Source: Guillardia theta CCMP2712 (Eukaryota; Protista; Cryptophyta). Taken from it: a stretch of 64,000 bases of DNA. Each line of letters starts with the position of its first letter. The stretch's first letter is position 1. The translations under genes were made by a program, and so were the position numbers. Positions 38,854 to 49,588 of this stretch are shown in pieces. Under the pieces are notes generated by a model, which saw nothing but the letters and a program-made list of their open reading frames with translations, was not told where the DNA came from and ran no database searches. The stretch lies in the NCBI RefSeq assembly GCF_000315625.1, contig NW_005434521.1, forward strand, positions 54,525-118,524, in the 5' to 3' direction.

Positions 38854-41800
38854 ATGGGAAACTGTTTCTCGCAAGCCCCCGAAGCCTCCCACGATCCTGT
38901 TCCGATCGGGGGGAGCAAAGTCCAGCAGGCCGACGTTAAGAGTCAAAGGGTGTTGCCGATAGAGGTGGAAGTTCACAAGGAAGACATCAAAGAGAAAGGT
39001 CACTCCTCCTCCTGCTCCCCTTGCTCCTCCTGCTCCCCTTGCTCCTCCTGCTCCCCTTGCTCCTCCTGCTCCCCTTGCTCCTCCTGCTCCCCTTGCTCCT
39101 CCTGCTCCCCTTGCTCCTCCTGCTCCCCTTGCTCCTCCTGCTCCCCTTGCTCCTCCTGCTCCCCTTGCTCCTCCTGCTCCCCTTGCTCCTCCTCACACCC
39201 TGCAGGTAATGCAAGCTTCTAACTTGTCTCTCTAGATGTAGTTGAGGTTCAGACTGTCAGTCAGGCTATCAGTCAGGTCGAACGTGGGAGCAACCGAGGT
39301 AAGGAGGCTGTGAGGAAGAGGAAAGATGTGCGCACTAAGAGGCTGTCTTGTTTCCACCCCCCCGCGGCCGGTCTGCGATGAGACGAGCGTGTCTGTGCTG
39401 TCTGTGCTGTCTTGGCGCTGCCGGCGAGTCTCACCCTCACTGACCTGAGCAACAGTGAGCGACGAGCAGCGGACGGGGGAGGACAGCGACGAGTTTGTGG
39501 ACGCCTACGACGATATCCGTCACTTCGAGAGGAGCGAGACTCCGGAAGCTCCACAGCCTCCAGGTGAAGAGGAGAGCTGTGCTGAGAGCGATCGTGAGCC
39601 GTCGTGACAGTCGTCAACGGGGAGCCGCAGGAGGCAGAGAGGAAGCGGATACTAGAGGTAGCTCTTGCTGACTTGACGTGTTGGCGGGGTTGGACGGGAG
39701 GATGTGCTTGCCGATGTGCGACGCTGCTACGATGGAGTTGAGAGCTTGCGGCAGGTTAATCCTATGCTGCTGGAGAAGCACGATCGAGTGGGCAAGGGAT
39801 CTAGCGGCTCAGTGTACAAGGCGTTACACGTCGAGACAGGTGGATTGAAGGAAGGGGAGGAGGGAGGGCGGCGGCGGTGGGGAGAGTGGTGGAGATGATG
39901 ATGACGGTGGTCTTGTGATCTTGACAGGGAGGATCGTCGCGTTGAAATGTGTCCCTCTTACTCTCAAGGCGGGCGATAGGGAGGAGGTTGTCGTGAAGCT
40001 GCGGTAAGAGCCCTCGTCGTCACCTACCTTGTCCTTGTCCTTGACCTTGTCCTCCTCCTCCTCCTCTCTACCTCGTGCTCGTGCTCTCTTGCTCTCGTCC
40101 TTTCGTGCTCGTGCTTGTCCTTCTCCGGCATTCTCTCCCTCTGATTCCTCTCCTTTCTGGCAGGGAGCTCTACAGCTCCGACCACCCCAACGTCTGTCAG
40201 TTCCATGGAGCCGAGTACGATGCCGAGCGTTCCACCATCCTCATTGCCATGGAGTACATGGACCTCCGTTCTCTCAAGGTGCCCCGCTCCCTCGCTCCCT
40301 CGCTCCCTCGCTCCCTCGCTCCCTCGCTCCCTCGCTCGCTCCATCCTCCCTCGCTCCCACCCACCTCCTCCTCCCCCTCCTCTCACCATGGCCTCGATGT
40401 CTCCTCCTACCGCCAGCACTCGCACGGGGTCGGGATACTGCTCGCCGAACACGGCGCGAAGAGCCTTGATCTTCATCGCCTTCTCCAGCGGCACGACCTT
40501 GTCAAACTGGTCAAACTCCAAATTCCCAGCTGAGAAATCTGCTGGACCTGAGCTGAGACCTCCAGACCCTCGTCGACCTTCTGACGGCAGATGGTCTCGA
40601 CCTAAGAAAAGTGAGGAGGAGCTGGGAAAGAGCTGAGGGAGGGAGGGAGGGAGGGAAAGAGGGAGAAAAGGGGGCATAGGTCACCTCAGCGAGCTGCTGG
40701 GGGGGTGAGAGCACCCTTGGCGGTGAAGTCAAACCTCAACTTGTTGTCGTCGCAGAGAGAACCCTGAGAGAAAAAGTGAGAAGAGGAGGAANNNNNNNNN
40801 NNNNNNNNNNNNNNNNNNNNNNNNNNNNNNNNNNNNNNNNNNNNNNNNNNNNNNNNNNNNNNNNNNNNNNNNNNNNNNNNNNNNNNNNNNNGGGGTTCTA
40901 GTGGTGGAGGAGGAGGTGAAGGTGAAGGAGGAGGAGGAGGAGGAGGAGGAGGAGAAGGAGAAGGAGGAGGAGGAGGAGGGGAGGGGGGGGGAGGAGGAGC
41001 AGCTGATTGTCTACTGCAGATCTTGGAGGCTCTGACTTACCTTCACACCACGAGGAGGATCATCCATCGAGATGTCAAACCCTCAAACGTGCTGGTGAAC
41101 TCCAGGTGGGGAAGGCAGAGAAAAGATCGGAAGGAAACGGGGAGAGGCACCAGGAGTGCGGCTGAGAAAGAAGAGGAGGGGCGAAGATGGGATGAATATG
41201 ATTATCATGATGATTATGATGATGGAGATGGAGATGGAGATGGAGATGGAGGTGGAGAAGAGGAAGAAGTTGTTTGTGATGCTGGAGGAGATGATGATGA
41301 CGAGGGGATGATGTTGATTGTGACGACACTTCGCTTCAGAGGTTCTTTCAAACTCGGGGACTTTGGCATGTCCAAGGAGCTTTCCAACACTCTCAGTGCT
41401 GGGCAGACTTGGGTTGGAACAAGCTCCTACATGTCTCCAGGTCCTCTTCATCCCCTCATCCCCCCACATACCACTTCTCGTTCAATCAACCCCCCTCCCC
41501 CTTCCTTGTCTTCTCGACCTCATCCTCTTCGTGCTCGTCCGTCTCCTCTCTCCTCTCCCCTTTCCTTCCCTCTCCTCCCTTCCCCTCTTTTCTTCTCTTC
41601 TCTTCTCTCCTCTCCTCTCATCGGTTCTCTCAGAGCGAGTCTCCGGCCTCGACTACTCCTACAACGCTGACGTGTGGGGACTGGGCATTCTCGTCTACGA
41701 GAGCTGCTCCGGTCAGCCAGCTTATGCGGGATCCACCTTCGAGCTGCTGGACGAGATCGTCGATGGCGAACCCCCAGCGCTAACAGCTGAAGCCTTCAGC

Positions 41801-42082
41801 GAGGAGGTGAGGAGAGGGGAGGAGGAGGATGAGGATGAGGAGGAGGAGAGGAAGGAGAGGAAGGAAAGGGAGGAAATGAGTAGAGCAGGAGGACGTGGAG
41901 GGGGACGAGGTCATGTCAGTGGTGCCGGTGGCTGATCGTCAGGACGGCAGGCTGTCAACTTTGTGCGGGTCTGCTTGGAGAAAGATCACAAGAAACGTCC
42001 AGATTGCCCGCTCCTCTCCTCTCAGCCCTTCATCCTCCTCCATGCCAAGTACAACATCACCGAATGGCTCGCCTCCCTCTGA
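38854..42082 (+). CDS. MAP kinase kinase (STE7/MKK family), multi-exon, with MGNC acylation-type N-terminus
   Basis: [93 protein letters not shown]. Part of the gene is lost in the gap at 40792-40891. Confidence 0.9.
39003..39193. repeat. Intronic minisatellite, 18-bp unit CTCCTCCTGCTCCCCTTG, about 10 copies
   Basis: Directly visible perfect tandem array in the first MAPKK intron. Confidence 0.95.
40387..40763 (-). other. Spliced internal fragment of alanyl-tRNA synthetase (editing domain), antisense inside a MAPKK intron
   Basis: Exons [34 protein letters not shown] and [40 protein letters not shown] are eukaryotic AlaRS motifs (LRFDF, LRAVFGExYPDPVRV) with GT-AG boundaries. Confidence 0.88.
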
Positions 42083-42231
42083 GAGCTCCTCCTGCTCCTC
42101 CTCTTCGCCTTCCTCCTCTCCTCCTTCCCTTCCTCCTCTCCTCTCCTCCTCTTCTCCTCTTCCTCTTATCAGCCTGCAGTAACTCGACGAGCAGAGGAGA
42201 GTTTCGTTGAGATGTAAGAATACACGAGCAC

Positions 42232-43573
42232 CTAAAGCTTCAGCTTCCCCTCGAGATCGCAGAAAGCAGATACTTCCTCTGGCTGCCCAGCCCCATCCTG
42301 CTTGTCCGTTAGCTCGTCCATGAGCTGGTCAGGCGAGGGAGAAGTGGGAGAGGAGGAGGAGAGGAAAAGAAGGAAGACCGAGTGTAAGCAAGATGTAGGA
42401 GGTTTGAAGTTGAGGTGAGAAGGACGGAGAGCGAGGAGCTGGGGGGCGGGAAGGAGGAGAAGAGGAGGATGAGAAGGAAGAAAACAGCTGATGGAGGGAC
42501 CTGGGCGTGTTCTCCTCGCTTCTCTGTAAATGTCGCAGAACTTCTTGGTCCACGTCCCCGATGATCTTGACGACCTTCACACACCTTCACTGCCCGTTCC
42601 TCCTCCTCCTTCTCCTCCTCCTCCTCCTCCTCCTCCTCCTGCACAACCAACCCATCCTTCCCCCTCCTGTCCTGCTCTCTTGATTTTCTTTCTCCTTCTC
42701 CTTCTCCTTCTCCTTCTCCCCCTCGTCCTCGACCTCTTTCTCGTCTTCTCCCCTCCAGATCACCTGCATGCTGATGAAGGCTGGTCGCGTCCACGGCTGC
42801 TCAATCTCCAGGTGAATCCACCCTCGCAGGAGACAGGAGGAGGAGGCGCTCGCTCTCCGCTCCTCCGCCCTCCCCGACGTGCTCGGGTCCTCCTGGGCGT
42901 CGCCCGATGTGTGAGGATCATGCTGGGAGAAGCTCTCAGGCGGACTGGAAAATGTACGGAGATAGAGAGGAGGAGGAGAGGAGAAGAGCAGGTAGGAGAT
43001 GATGAGGAGGAGAGGAGGAGGAGGAGGAGGAGGAGGAGAGGAGAGGAGGGGAAGAGGAAAAAGATGAAGAGAGGAGAAGAGGCGAAGAGGAGGATGGTAG
43101 AGACGAGAGGAGCAGGAGGGTAAAAGTATCACTTCGTCATCTAGTATGTCTTCAGTGTAGATCACATCGCGCACGAAGAGGCGGAGGAGGCGACATGAGC
43201 CGTCAGGATAGGTGACGCCGATGCCAAGACCTGAGTAAGAGATTGAGAGGAGGAGGAGCAGGGAGAAGAAGACAAGGAAAGGATAGGGAGGAGGAGGAGG
43301 AGGAGGAGGAGGAGGAGAAGACAAGGAAAGGATAGGGAGGAGGAGGAGGAGGAGGGGGGGGACCTTCTTGATCTGGTTTGACACCCTTGAGGGAGATCTC
43401 GATGGCGAACTTGTGGGGAAGTCTGAGCGATACAAGTGAGTCGAGGAAGAAGACAAAAAAACGGAAGAGAAGAGGAAGAGGATGGAGATGATGGAGAGGA
43501 TGATGATGATGATGATGATGATGACGACGACGACGACGACGACGACGACGATGATGATGGAGATGATGGAGGA

Positions 43574-43622
<49 letters not shown>

Positions 43623-46600
43623 GAGATGATGATGATGAAGATGGAGATGGAGATGATTGATGATGATGATGATTATGATGATGACGATGATGATGATATT
43701 TGTGGTGGAAGGGATGTGGTTGCCTAGGACGAGGCCTAGAGCATGAGGAAACAGAGGGAGAAGGATCGCAATGGTCGACCTNNNNNNNNNNNNNNNNNNN
43801 NNNNNNNNNNNNNNNNNNNNNNNNNNNNNNNNNNNNNNNNNNNNNNNNNNNNNNNNNNNNNNNNNNNNNNNNNNNNNNNNNGGGGGAGGAGAGACGAGGA
43901 GGAGGAGAGGAGGAGGAGGGGGTTGTTGTGGGGACTGACTTGACGATCTCAGCTCGGTACAGCTGAGGGAGGAGGGAAGCGTCCTGACTCCTCCAGCTGG
44001 CGTCCAGCCCGACGAGACTCGGCCAGAAGCTCTCGATAGATCGGCAGATAATTTGCGCCTGATGCTCCGGTGAGGCCGAGCAGACGGAGATGAAGGAGAA
44101 AACAAGACGGGTAGAGAGAGCGCAGGAAAGGCGGGAGGAGGGAAAGAGGAATGGACGAGGATGTAGATGAGAAGCAGTGAATGCAAGAGGTAGAGGAAGA
44201 AGAAGGGGAGGGAAAGAGCAGGGATAGACAAGAGGGTGAATAGGAGGAGGAGGAAGAGGAGGAGGAGGAGGAGGAGGAGGAGGAGGAGGAGGAGGAGGTT
44301 GTGTTGTGTAGTCGGCGGCGGAGTGAGTGGGCTAGGGGGGGAAAGAAGGAAGCAGGGGCATGCAAAAATTCAGCAGGGCGCTGAGAACTTGCCTGTGTCG
44401 CCGCGTCTGGTGTGCTCGAAGGGGCCGCGAAGTTGAGGCCGTTGAGGTGCTCTAGAGCATCTGGGATGGTGAGCCCAGCTGCACCCGGGCAGGACCATCA
44501 GTTCGTGGGGGGAAGAGGAGCAGGTTGTGGGGTCTACCTGACTCCGCTTCCTCCAGCAGCGAGTTGTAGCATCGCTCGAGCACCCTCAGCGACTGCTCTG
44601 TTTGAGCTTCTGCTGGGGAGGCCTCTGACTCGGAGGACAGGACGTGGAGGTGGGAGGCGGCGAGGGCGATGACGTGGAGCTCGATCGCTCTGACCCGTGC
44701 GTCCCCCGAGACGTTCTGCTCCTCCTCTGTCAGCTGTCGCAGCCCTCCCCCCCCCTCCCCCTCCCCTGCTCCTCGCCTCCATCCTCACCTTCATCCCCTG
44801 CCGCATCCTCGCAGCGAAGGTTGCGAGCTTGACAGGTTCGTCCCTCAGGCTCTGCAGCCAGTAGGAACGCCCACCTATGGACTATCAGGAACTTTCCCCC
44901 TCCTCCTCCTCCTCCTCCTCCTCCTCTCGGCACTTACCGTCGTACTTGGACGGAGCGGTTAGGGTCAGGAGGCAGGCGGCAGAAGAGCGCTTGAGGAGCA
45001 GGCAGGAGCGGACGGACTGGAGGCAGAGGTGCGCAAGGGATACCATCCCCTCGCAGATGGACGACTGCCATCGCCTCGCCTTCTTCACCATCCCCAGCGC
45101 CTCCTCCACCCTCCTCACTTCCAACGAGTCCGGCGCCGCACCCTTCCTCCTGCTCGCCTCCTCCTGCTCCCCCTCCAGCCCTACCCTGCTCGACTTGCCT
45201 CGACCCTGCATGTCCGCGATGATGCGGTAGGCTCGGGCGATGCAGCTCTCTGCTTCTGAGACGATCTCCCCCTGCCTGCTTTCCTGTCTGCTCCTCCTGC
45301 CGCTCTGTCACCGGCGCCCACTACCTGCACACTCGCACACACCTCTCATGCTCCAGCGAAAGCTCCAAAATCTGACCGCCGACTGGCAAGACCTGAGGTT
45401 TCCTCAGGAGGAGCTAGCAGCAAGGATGGGAAGGGCAATGGTGGAGATGATGATGGAGAAGATGATAATGATAGTAAAGAAGGAGAAGGAGAAGGAGAAG
45501 GTAAAGGACAAGGAGACGAACATTTTTGATGATGAGAAGAAGAGGAAAGAGGAGGAGGAGAAGGAGAAGGAGAAGGAGAAGGAGAAGAACATTTTGATGA
45601 TGAGAAAGGAGGGACAAGGAGGAAGAGGAGAGAGGAAAAGATCTTATACCTTGATCCAGGGGATGAGGTGCGGGTGCTTATGCCTCAGCAGCCTCCAGTG
45701 CCGCAGGCAGTGGGAGGGACACTGAGCGAGCACGTGCGGGTTTACAGCAGCTGCTGAAAGAACCATGACGAGGATGCCCACGTACGTCTCATCGTCCACG
45801 TCAGCCTGCCATCTATCAGCTTCCTCCCCCTGCGCCTCCCCCTTCCCCCCCTCTCTACCACCACCTCCTCTCTCCTCCTCTCTCTCCTTCCTCCTGCTCT
45901 TCCTCCTCCTCTTGTCCAGCTGCTGTACCTGAGTGGTGAGGTACGGGCTTTCCAGCTGGTCGTCCGTGCGATGGACCAGAAGGGCTGGGGTGACCTGCTG
46001 GTGGGTGAGGGGGCGTAAGGCCAACGGCTCCTCCTCCGACCTCCTCAGCTAGTGCCGAGCAGTTCTTTCCCAGCTTCGAGAGCGCCTTGTAGATGTTCGG
46101 GGTGTCACTTGGGTACCTGCCAGTCAACGGCCGGTCAGTGCAAGCAGGTCGACAAAGGGGTGAAGGAGAGTGGGGGTAGGAGGTGAAGGGGAGTGGGGGT
46201 AGGAGGTGAAGGGGAGTGGGGGTAGGAGGGAGGGGGGACCCGCACCTTCTGATATTGTCCAGGAGGGCCCGGACGGTGAGGTTGAGACATAGCGGGCTTG
46301 TCAAGGGGATCATGCCCAGCATCAGCTGGACCCGAGCTCGGAGCGGCTCGGAAACATCCTCCAGCAGGGACAAGACAACCTGCGAACAGGCAGGTGAGGG
46401 GCAGGAAGGCGGGGAGGCGTCGGCGGGACCTGGAGGTGATGCTCGGCAAACTCAATGACGTTGCGGAGGCGGGAGAGGGCGTTCACAGCTGCCACTCGAA
46501 CCTTCTCGATCTCATCGGCCAGCATGTCCACCAGCACGTCCATCGCCTGCTGTGGTGTCAGCTAGCCCAAAAGCCGCTCCGCGTCCTCCTCCGCCTCCTA

Positions 46601-46851
46601 CTCGTCGCTGTCTCCTCTTCCTCGTCCTCCTCCCTCCTCCCTCCCTCCTCTCTTCTCCCACCTTCTCACGAAAGGTTCTGCTGCGCAGTGCGAGATCGCA
46701 GATGCTTCCGATGGCTGCGCATCGCACTTGCCAGAACTCATCCTCGAGAGCCACCACAAAGGCGCCAGCAGCATCTGCTGTGAGGAGAGAAGAACCTTGC
46801 GAGATCTGCAAGTCTCCCTCCCCCTCCAGGGCCGTTTGTTCAACCTGTTCC

Positions 46852-46914
<63 letters not shown>

Positions 46915-48447
46915 TCTCATCCTCGACATCATCATTATCATCATCCAACCCCCCCCTCCCCCTTCAGCTCCCCCCTTCCCACGTTTCTCTCCTCCTCCTC
47001 CTCCTCCATTCTATCATCATCACCTCGTTCAGTTGCTCGGAAGACAAGACTTTCTTGGTCAGCGTCTGCAGCATGTAATGCACGCTGACCGCGGGGATCG
47101 TTCCCAGCACGCGGCATGCTTCCTCCCTCACGCTCATCTCACTGTCGAAGACAGCTCCGCATACCTGATCGTGAAAGAGAGCATGTCAGGAGGGCTGCAG
47201 GGGAGGAGAGGACGGGGTGGTGGAAAGGGGACAGCAGCAGGCCGTACCTGCATGAAGCAGGAGTCCGTGAGCTTGACTTCCGTCTTCTTCGACTTGGGGA
47301 AGTGAAAAGAGCGATTGTCGATCGCGATGTTTCCCAGCCACACTAAGGCTTGTTCTCGCACCTCCGCTATGTCGTCCGATAGGCTGCTCACCGCGTCCTC
47401 AAGCATGGTCGCGTCCATGGGCCGCCATGCTTGAAGGCTCATGATCGCAGCCGCCCGCACCACGTGGTCAGCATCCTTGCGGAACGAGCGGCAGATCTGA
47501 AGTCCCTCCTGGCTCCCGACTGAGACCTTAGACTGCGCCAGCAGCTCCAGCGCCACCTTCCTACACTGCGAGTTTCCTTCCCTCAGGGTTAGCCCGATCG
47601 CCGACCCCAGCCCCGGCCGCTGCATCTCCGGCCTCGCAGCTCCTATCCTCAGCAGCGCGATCATGCAGCGCTGCATGAGCCTCGGGGCGATCTTGGGCGT
47701 CGTTACAGCCTCGATCATCTCATGCACGATCGCGTCGGCGATCAACTCGCTCTGACCGCGTGCAAGCCGAGGGTGGGGCTGCAGCTTGAGCCGCGCTTCG
47801 GCGTCGATGATCTTGGGGGAGCAGGCGAGCGTCTCAAGGGCAGCAACGCAGAGGCAGAGAGCATGGACGTCGCCACTCGCCGTGTCCCTGAGCTGCAGCC
47901 ACAGAGTCTCCGCCGTCTCCCTTGCCGTCCGGAGGTTCCTCAAGATCCCAGAGCGCCTTTCCAGCTCCAGCAGCGCCGCGAGTCTTCGCGGTCGACCGAC
48001 AGGGCTGGAATCCGCCACAGCAGCGAGGATGACATCGAGCCCTTGCTCAACCTGAGGGACAAGACAAGACCGATCATCACGAGCCACAAGCGTCAGCGTC
48101 AGCAGGTTGGGAAGCGACTTACCCAGGATTCCTCTGCTGGGATGGGAACCAAATCTATCGCTGCCAGGTCATCGCTGATCTTGCGCTTTTTCTCCACTGC
48201 AGAATACGAGGAGTCAACGGCAGATACCGTGAGGGTGAGGCCAAGGAGGAAAGAGCACTGCAGGAAGTGGACCAGGGCAATGTTTGTGTGAGTGGTCCAG
48301 GAAAAGTATCCAGGATCTCCGAGTAGAACGAGTAGGATCGAGGAGGGAGAGTGAGAGGATCGAGGAGGAGGAGCTGATGAAGCTCCTGCATGCTTGTTGC
48401 ATCTCACCTGTCGCCTCCGCCGCTTCCTCCGCCTCCCTCCGCGCCAT
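42232..48447 (-). CDS. INTS4: Integrator complex subunit 4 homologue (HEAT repeats + C-terminal beta domain), multi-exon
   Basis: GAFVVALEDEFWQVRCAAI, DVLVDMLADEIEKVR, LLDNIRRYPSD, DVDDETYVGILVMVLSAA and RHWRLLRHKHPHLIP align with the INTS4 core (GAFVHGLEDE..EVR, LVDMFNDEIEEVR, DMDDPAYIAVLVLIFNAA). Confidence 0.88.
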
Positions 48448-49588
48448 GGGGAATGAGGGAGATGAGTTGGGGATCGGGTTGACAACTCGGTCAGGGAGGG
48501 GACGAGGCTGCGATCAACATGAGGGCGATGAGTGACTACCCCCCACCTATCCATAGAATTTCTGCAAAAGTTCTCCCCTAGTTCGTTGCGGTGGTGAGGG
48601 TAGTGACTTCGGGGTATTTCCCCCAATAAACAGAAGGAGAAAGGGGGGTGGGGGTACTTTCTGTGGAGGTGGTCGGGTGATGTGTGAGTTCGTTTAGTAC
48701 AAGTGCAGTAGGGCGGTAGAGACCCTGGTGGGGTACTCACTATCCCACTCAGAGGTGGGGTACGAAAACCCCGAACAGTAGGGGTCCCTGAACAAATTCG
48801 ATAGCTTGGGGGTAGGGGTAGAGAATCATGGAACTGAGGAGATAGGGTATTTGTGAAGGAGTAAGGGTGGGTGCTAAAATGGGGAGATGTGGGTTGTATA
48901 GTAGGGTAGGGTACTACAAGAGGTGAGTTTTTAGCTCAAGGGTGGGGTTATTTTTCATGAATCAGTAGGGGTGGGTGGGTCATGGGTCGGAGTAGGGGGG
49001 GTGCGGGCGGCCTCTCTCGATTGGCATGCAAGAAGANNNNNNNNNNNNNNNNNNNNNNNNNNNNNNNNNNNNNNNNNNNNNNNNNNNNNNNNNNNNNNNN
49101 NNNNNNNNNNNNNNNNNNNNNNNNNNNNNNNNNNNNGAGAGAGAGAGAGAGGAGCGACAGTGAGGAAGGGAGGAGGGAGAAGATGAAGAGTGGAGGGAGA
49201 TGGAGGGAGGAAGATGGAGGGAAAGAGAGAGACAGTGAGAGGAATGGAGAGTGATAGATAGAGTGGTAGAGAGCAAGATAGAGGCCAGATGGGGGAAACG
49301 ACTGAGTGAGAAGGGAAAAGGTTCAGGTGAGCGGAGAGGGATAGGAGAGAAGCATGGAGCCTAGGAGAAGATATTGCAGAAATAGGAAAGGGACTTGTTG
49401 AAAGGATACCAGGTTGGACCATGTTGACTCCATGAAGTGTGACTCATTCTGAATTGTCAATGGCTCGCACTGTGGGAGGTCGTTCGATGTTTGACTTTGG
49501 TCCCAGCAACCATGACGAGAGAGTGAACGGAGTGGTCAAGAGCGCTTGAATTCTTGTATACAAGAGCTGGAAGGAGAATTTTTTTGGG

